The notes beneath the pieces are model-generated. The model searched no databases, was not told where the DNA came from, and saw only the letters and a program-made list of their open reading frames with translations. This document shows, piece after piece, positions 59,030 through 64,000 of a stretch of 64,000 bases of DNA. The translations under genes and the position numbers were made by a program. Position 1 is the stretch's first letter. Each line of letters starts with the position of its first letter. Source of the DNA: Taeniopygia guttata. Lineage: Eukaryota. The stretch spans positions 4,663,324 to 4,727,323 of the forward strand of contig NC_133041.1 in assembly GCF_048771995.1 (NCBI RefSeq). The letters run 5' to 3'.

Positions 59030-60400
59030 CACCCACTTTTAAATTTAACCCCTCTCTTAAAACCCCGCCCCTTTTAGCCACACCCAATCAAACCCTGCCT
59101 ATTTAAATCCCACCCCTTCAAGCCCCTCCTATTTAATCTCCATAATTTAAGCCCCGCCCATTTAGGCTCCGCCCTTTTAAGACCCTCCCACTTAAGCCCC
59201 ATCCCTTAAAGCATTTCCAATTTAAGCCCCACCCACAAAGCCCAACCCCTTTAAGCTCCTCCCACTTGAGCCGCACCCATTTAAGCCCCACCCCTTAAAG
59301 CTTTTCCCATTTAAACCCCACCCATTTAAGCTCCACCCCTTTAAGCTCCTCCTATTTAATCTCCATAATTTAAGCCCCACCCATTTAAGCTCCTCCCACT
59401 TAAGCCACACCCATTTAAACCCCACCCCATAAATTTTTTATGATTTAAACCCTGCCCATTTTAAGCCCCACCCCTTTAAGCTCCTCCCACTTGAGCCCCA
59501 CCCCTTTAAGCCCCACCCCTTAAAGCTCCTCCCATTTAAACCCCGCCCTTTTAAGCCCCACCCCTTTAAGCCCCTCCCTTTAAAGCCCCACCCATTTAAG
59601 CCCCGCCCCTCAAAGATTTTCCTATTTAAACCCCGCCCCTTTAAGCCACACCCCTTTAAGCTCCTCCCACTTGAGCCCCACCCCTTTAAGCCCCACCCCT
59701 CAAAGCTTTTCCTATTTAAACTCCGCCCATTTTAAGCCCCACCCCTTTAAGATCCTCCTATTTAATCTCCATAATTTAAGCCCCACCCATTTAAACTCCT
59801 CCCACTTAAGCCACACCCATTTAAACCCCGCCCCATAATTTTTTATTATTTAAACCCCGCCCATTTTAAGCCACACCCATTTAAGCTCCTCCCACTTAAG
59901 CCCCACCCATTTAAGCCCCACCCCAAAGCTTTTCCTAATTAAACCCCGCCCATTTTAAGCCCCACCCCTTTAAACTCCTCCTATTTAATCTCCATAATTT
60001 AAGCCCCACCCCTTTAAGCTCCTCCCACTTAACCCCCACCCATTTAAGCCCCACCTCCAAAGATTTTACTATTTAAACTCTGCCCCTTTAAGCCCCACCC
60101 CTTTAAGCTCCTCCCACTTGAGCCCCACCCCTTAAAGCCCCTCCATTTAAACCCCGCCCCTTTAAGCCCCACCCATTTAAGCTCCTCCCACTTGAGCCAC
60201 ACCCATTTAGGCCACACCCCTCAAAGCTTTTACCATTTAAATATTGCCCCTTTAAGCCACACCCCTTTAAGCCCCTCCTGTTAATGCCCCACCCACTTAA
60301 TCCCCACCCCTTTATCACCCTGTCACTTTAAGCCACACCCACAAAGCCACACCCTTTATGCCCCGCCCCTTAAGCCACGCCCCCTTAAGCCCCACCCACC
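59030..60400 (+). repeat. About 35 copies of a ~40-bp unit aagccccacccatttaagctcctcccacttaagccacaccc, dense in CCACGCCC / CCCCGCCC / CCACACCC (SP/KLF-type) boxes
   Basis: Seen directly. It lies in the CLN3 intron where the human gene encodes its first lumenal loop. Confidence 0.85.
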
Positions 60401-60573
60401 CCTGTCCCCACAGGGTCGCAGTCGTGCCGGCTCCGATTCCGCGGCTCCTCCCCCTAAAAAAACCCGGGAAAACCCCAAAAATCCAGTCAGGAAAGGGGCG
60501 TGGCCACCCAAAAAAGGGGCGTGACCATCTAAAAAGGGGTGTGGTCCCCAAAAAAGGGGGCGTGGCCACTCAC

Positions 60574-60649
60574 GGGGCGTGGCTCCAGCAGGTCGCGGGC
60601 GGCGCTGAGCATCACCACGTACGGGAGGTTGTTGCACAGCCCCAAAATC
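60574..60649 (-). CDS. CLN3: CLN3 exon, translating (W)[25 protein letters not shown]
   Basis: Aligns to human [26 protein letters not shown]. The acceptor is ctacag|g and the donor cgcccc|gtgagtgg. Confidence 0.85.
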
Positions 60650-61167
60650 CTGTAGGGGCGGGGCTTAGGTGGGCGTGGCCACACTTGTGGGCGTGGTCAC
60701 AGATGGGTGTGGCTCGTCTGGAAGGGGCGTGGTTATGGGGGAAAGGGGAGGGGCCAAAATGGGGCAGTTTTGGCGGGAAATTTTTATGGGGTTGGAGTGG
60801 GGTTTAAATGGGTGTGGCAAAAGGGGCGGGGCTTAAATGGGTGGGGTGTCCACAAAATGGCTCCATTTTGGCGGGAAATTTTGGGGGAGAGTCTGTGTGG
60901 GCGTGGCCACAGGTTGGAGGGTCCGAAATGGGCGGTGCTTAAATGGGTGGAGTGCCCCTAAAATGTCTCAAGTTTGGCGGGAATTTCTTAAATGGGGGAG
61001 GGGCTTAAATGGGTGTGGCCACTCAGGTGGGTGTGGTCCAAAATGGGCGGGGTTTAAATGGGTGGGGGTGTCTCCAAAAGTGCTGAGTTTTGGGGGGAAA
61101 TTTGGCGGTTTTAGGGGTGTGGGAGGGGCTTAGGGGGCGTGGCCTCTTGTGGGGGCGGGGCACTTAC

Positions 61168-61231
61168 CAAAAAGCGGCTCCGATTCGCCAGGAAGGGGTC
61201 GGAGGGGGCGGGGCAGGGGCGGAGTCTTCAT
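61168..61231 (-). CDS. CLN3: CLN3 exon 2, translating (D)EDSAPAPPPPTPSWRIGAAF(W)
   Basis: Aligns to human [28 protein letters not shown]. The acceptor is ccaccag|at and the donor tttttg|gtaagtgcc. Confidence 0.75.
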
Positions 61232-61447
61232 CTGGTGGGGAGGGAGGGAAAGAGAAAAATTTCCAAAGGGATTTTGGGGCAATTTTAGGAGATTTTGGGG
61301 TTGTTTTTTCCCATCCCGCTCCCCACTCCCGGTTCCATTTCCTGCCTCCATTCATGTCCGTTTATCCCCGTTTTAATTCCAGGTTTTTTACCCCGAATTC
61401 CCAATTTTTAACCCTATTTTTAAATCCATATTTTTTTCCCCTCTCAC

Positions 61448-61478
61448 CCTGCTGCAGCAGCGGTTCCTCGTCCGCCAT
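61448..61478 (-). CDS. CLN3: CLN3 exon 1 coding part, translating MADEEPLLQQ(D)
   Basis: The ATG is the complement of 61476-61478 and the donor cagcagg|gtgagag is on the minus strand. It joins exon 2 in frame. The N-terminus is acidic like human MGGCAGSRRRFSDSEGEE. Immediately upstream, on the minus strand, are the TCACGTGA and TCATGTGA boxes. Confidence 0.65.
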
Positions 61479-61855
61479 GTTGAACACCGGTCATGTGACA
61501 CCGCCATCACGTGATTACCCCAAACTTAATCCCCATTGGGCGCTGCGTGGGCGTGGCTTTGAGACAGAAAAATGCATATTAATAACTTAGGGCGTGGCTT
61601 TGTAATAAGTTCATTCATATAATCACTATTGTGAGCGTGGTTTAAGAGCTCATAAATAATGATGTTACACAGGAGCGGGTTGGCGCCATATAAGGTAAAA
61701 AAGGCGTGATTTTGACCATATATGGTGCTAAGTGGGCGTGGCTTGTGGCTCCCCCTTTCCCTCCCGCTTCTCCCCTCAGGAGGCGCCGCCATTTTCTCCC
61801 CCCGCCGCCATTTTCTGCCCCCCCCCCCCCCTCCGCCATCCCCGTTTTTCCCCTC
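61479..61855. promoter_or_regulatory. Bidirectional CLN3 (-) / SGF29 (+) promoter interval, about 380 bp between the ATGs, with a palindromic E-box/CLEAR-type site aTCACGTGAt at 61506-61515 and an M-box-like TCATGTGA at 61491-61498, plus GC boxes (gggcgtggc)
   Basis: The motifs are seen directly in the sequence. CLEAR elements (GTCACGTGAC, bound by TFEB/TFE3) are characteristic of lysosomal gene promoters including CLN3; that part is established knowledge. Confidence 0.55.
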
Positions 61856-61930
61856 ATGGCGCTCGTCTCGGCCGATTCGCGCATCGCGGAGTTGCTGGGG
61901 GAGCTGCACCAGCTCATCAAACAGACGCAG
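61856..61930 (+). CDS. SGF29: SGF29 (CCDC101) exon 1, translating MALVSADSRIAELLGELHQLIKQTQ
   Basis: Matches the human SGF29 N-terminus MALVSADSRIAELLTELHQLIKQTQ as I recall it. The donor is acgcag|gtaccc. The ATG lies about 380 bp from the CLN3 ATG on the opposite strand. Confidence 0.82.
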
Positions 61931-62099
61931 GTACCCCCATTTATTTTAGGTTTTTCCCCTTTTTTATTTATTTTTTTTTTTAAGGATTTTTGGGGGTTTT
62001 TTTCCCTCAGGGTTTCCCCGTTTTGCAGCCCCGGGTCCCGTTTGGCCCTGAGGGATCCTCAAGGGTTTCGGTCTTTTCAAACTGTTTCCGCTGAGGGAG

Positions 62100-63180
62100 C
62101 CCAAAATCAATAATTTCACCCCAAAATAAGCCTTTTGCCCATCAGGGATCCCAAAAAATCACATACTTAACCCAAGAATCACCCATTTCACCCCAAAATA
62201 TGTTTTTTTCCCCCTCAGGGATCTCAAAAATCACACATTTAACCCAAGAATCACCCATTTCACCCCAAAATATTTTTTTTCCCCTCAGGGATCTCAAAAA
62301 TCACCTATTTCACCCCAAAATCACCCATTTCACTCCAAAATCAATTTTATTTCCCCATAGGATTCCAAAAATCACCCATTTAACCCCAAAATAACATTTT
62401 TTCCCCTCACTGATTACAAAAATCACCCATTTCACCCAAAAATCACCCATTTCACCCCCAATTCACCCATTTTACCCCAAAATCACCCATTTCACCCCAA
62501 AAATCACCAATTTCAGCACAAAATATCTTTTTTCCCCCTCACTGAGCCAAAAAAATCACCATTTCACATCCAAAATCAACTTTTTATTCCCTCAGGAATC
62601 TCAAAAATCACCCATTTTACCCCAAATCAGCAATTTCACCCAAAATAAACTTTTTTTTTCCCTTCACAAACCCCAAAAATCACCCATTTCACCCCAAAAT
62701 CACCCATTTCACCCCAAAAATCAACATTTTTTGCACCTTTCAACTTATTTTCTTCATTTCCCCAGTTTTTCCTAATTTCCCTCCTTTTTTCGTCATTTCC
62801 CCCTTCTCCTTTTTTCATTTCCCCATTTTTTCCTAATTCCCCCCCTTTTCCCCTCCACTTTCTTAATTTTCCCCCCATTTCCCCCTATTTTCCATTCTTT
62901 TTTCCTAATTTTCCCCCATTTCCCCCCCTTTTCCCTTCAGTTTTTCCCCATTTTCCCCCTCTTTACTAATTTCACCCCTTTTTTCCTTCCTTTACTTTTC
63001 ATTTACCCCTTTTTTTCCTAATTTCCTCCCCTTTCACCTCCTTTTTTTCCTCCTTTCCCCCTCTTTTCACCTCCTTTTTTCCCCATTTCCCCTCCTTTTT
63101 TCTTCATTTTCCCCAATTTCCCCCCCTTTTTCCCTCTTTTCCCCCAATTTTTCCCAAATTCCCCAATTTTTCTCCCCTCA
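62100..63180 (+). repeat. caccccaaaatcacccatttcac minisatellite in SGF29 intron 1; ctcacaattccctcctttttcct array from 63410
   Basis: Seen directly. Confidence 0.85.
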
Positions 63181-63181
63181 G

Positions 63182-63257
63182 GAGGAGCGTTCCCGCAGCG
63201 AGCACAACCTGGTGAACATCCAGAAGACGCACGAGCGGATGCAGACGGAGAACAAAA
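63182..63257 (+). CDS. SGF29: SGF29 exon 2, translating EERSRSEHNLVNIQKTHERMQTENK(I)
   Basis: Identical to human EERSRSEHNLVNIQKTHERMQTENKI. The acceptor is ccctcag|gag and the donor aaaa|gtaaaa. Confidence 0.85.
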
Positions 63258-63331
63258 GTAAAAAAATTCCGAGGTTTAAAGGGAATTTTGGGGCTTTTTG
63301 GCACATTTTGACTCTCAAAATTCCATTTTAG

Positions 63332-63404
63332 TTTCCCCCTATTACCGCACCAAGCTCCGAGGGCTCTACACCACAGCCAAGGCTGATGCCGAAGCCGAGT
63401 GCAA
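63332..63404 (+). CDS. SGF29: SGF29 exon 3, translating (I)SPYYRTKLRGLYTTAKADAEAEC(N)
   Basis: Identical to human SPYYRTKLRGLYTTAKADAEAECN. The acceptor is tttag|tt and the donor tgcaa|gtgagt. The gene continues beyond the window. Confidence 0.85.
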
Positions 63405-64000
63405 GTGAGTCCAAAATCCACAATTTTAAACCCAAAACCCCTCAAATTCTCATTTTATCCCCTCAAATTCCCATATTTCCCCTTCAAATTCCCATTTTAT
63501 CCCTTCAAATTCCCATTTTTCCCCCGTAAATTCCGATTTCCTCCCCCAGATTTCCACTTTTTGCACTCACATTTTCTTTTTTCCCCTCAGATTTCTGCTT
63601 TTTAACCTCAAATTCCCACTTTATCCCTTCAAATTCCCATTTTTCCCCTTCAAATTCCCATTTCTTCTGCAGTTCCCCCCTTTTTCCTCACAGTTCTCTT
63701 ATTTTTCCTCTCAATTCCCGTTTTTTCCCCACAATTCTCTCCTTTTCCCCCACAATTCCCTCCTTTTTCTTTACAATTCCCTCCTTTTTTCTCACAATTC
63801 CTTCCTTTTTCCTCATATTCCCTTATCTCCCCTCACAATTACCTTTTTTTCTCAAATTCTCTCCTTTTTCTTTAAAATTCCCTCATTTTTCCTGAAAATT
63901 CCCCCCTTTTTCCTCACAATTCCTTTTCCCCCACAATTGCTCCCTTTTTCTTTAAAATTCCCCCCTTTTTCTTTTTAAATTCCATTTTCTTTACAATTCC

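Noticed and set aside
1-64000. Prokaryotic-style annotation (operons, RBS, sigma promoters, Rho-independent terminators)
   Set aside because: The coding sequence exists only as short exons bounded by AG|...|GT with conserved phases. The encoded proteins are metazoan (eIF3c, PRODH2, MAZ, CLN3, SGF29). CpG-island promoters and AATAAA signals are present.

Overview
This window is vertebrate nuclear DNA, not prokaryotic. Genes are split by GT-AG introns, have CpG-island promoters and AATAAA signals, and roughly 85-90% of the window is tandem mini- or micro-satellite. Read by eye in both strands, it carries a compact gene cluster whose short GC-rich exons sit as islands inside satellite-filled introns. 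Gene order is EIF3C (+, 3' part of the gene, 7 exons, 519-16824), PRODH2/hydroxyproline dehydrogenase (+, 10 exons, ~20421-32614), MAZ (+, 5 exons, 35282-44519), CLN3 (-, 13 exons, 47980-61478) and the first three exons of SGF29/CCDC101 (+, from 61856). EIF3C, CLN3, SGF29 and MAZ are all human 16p11.2 genes, so this is a conserved synteny block; PRODH2 is the exception, being on human 19q13. The composition resembles a GC-rich sauropsid or avian microchromosome-type region, but this is an inference from sequence alone. All gene calls come from my recollection of the human orthologue protein sequences, with splice sites placed by GT/AG and frame continuity. The most unusual feature is that many intronic tandem arrays are built from copies of the neighbouring exon edge, often still including the splice site. 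The splice-donor/E-box string CAGGTG/CACCTG is the core of most repeat families here. I see no rRNA, tRNA, CRISPR array or recognisable transposon ORF.
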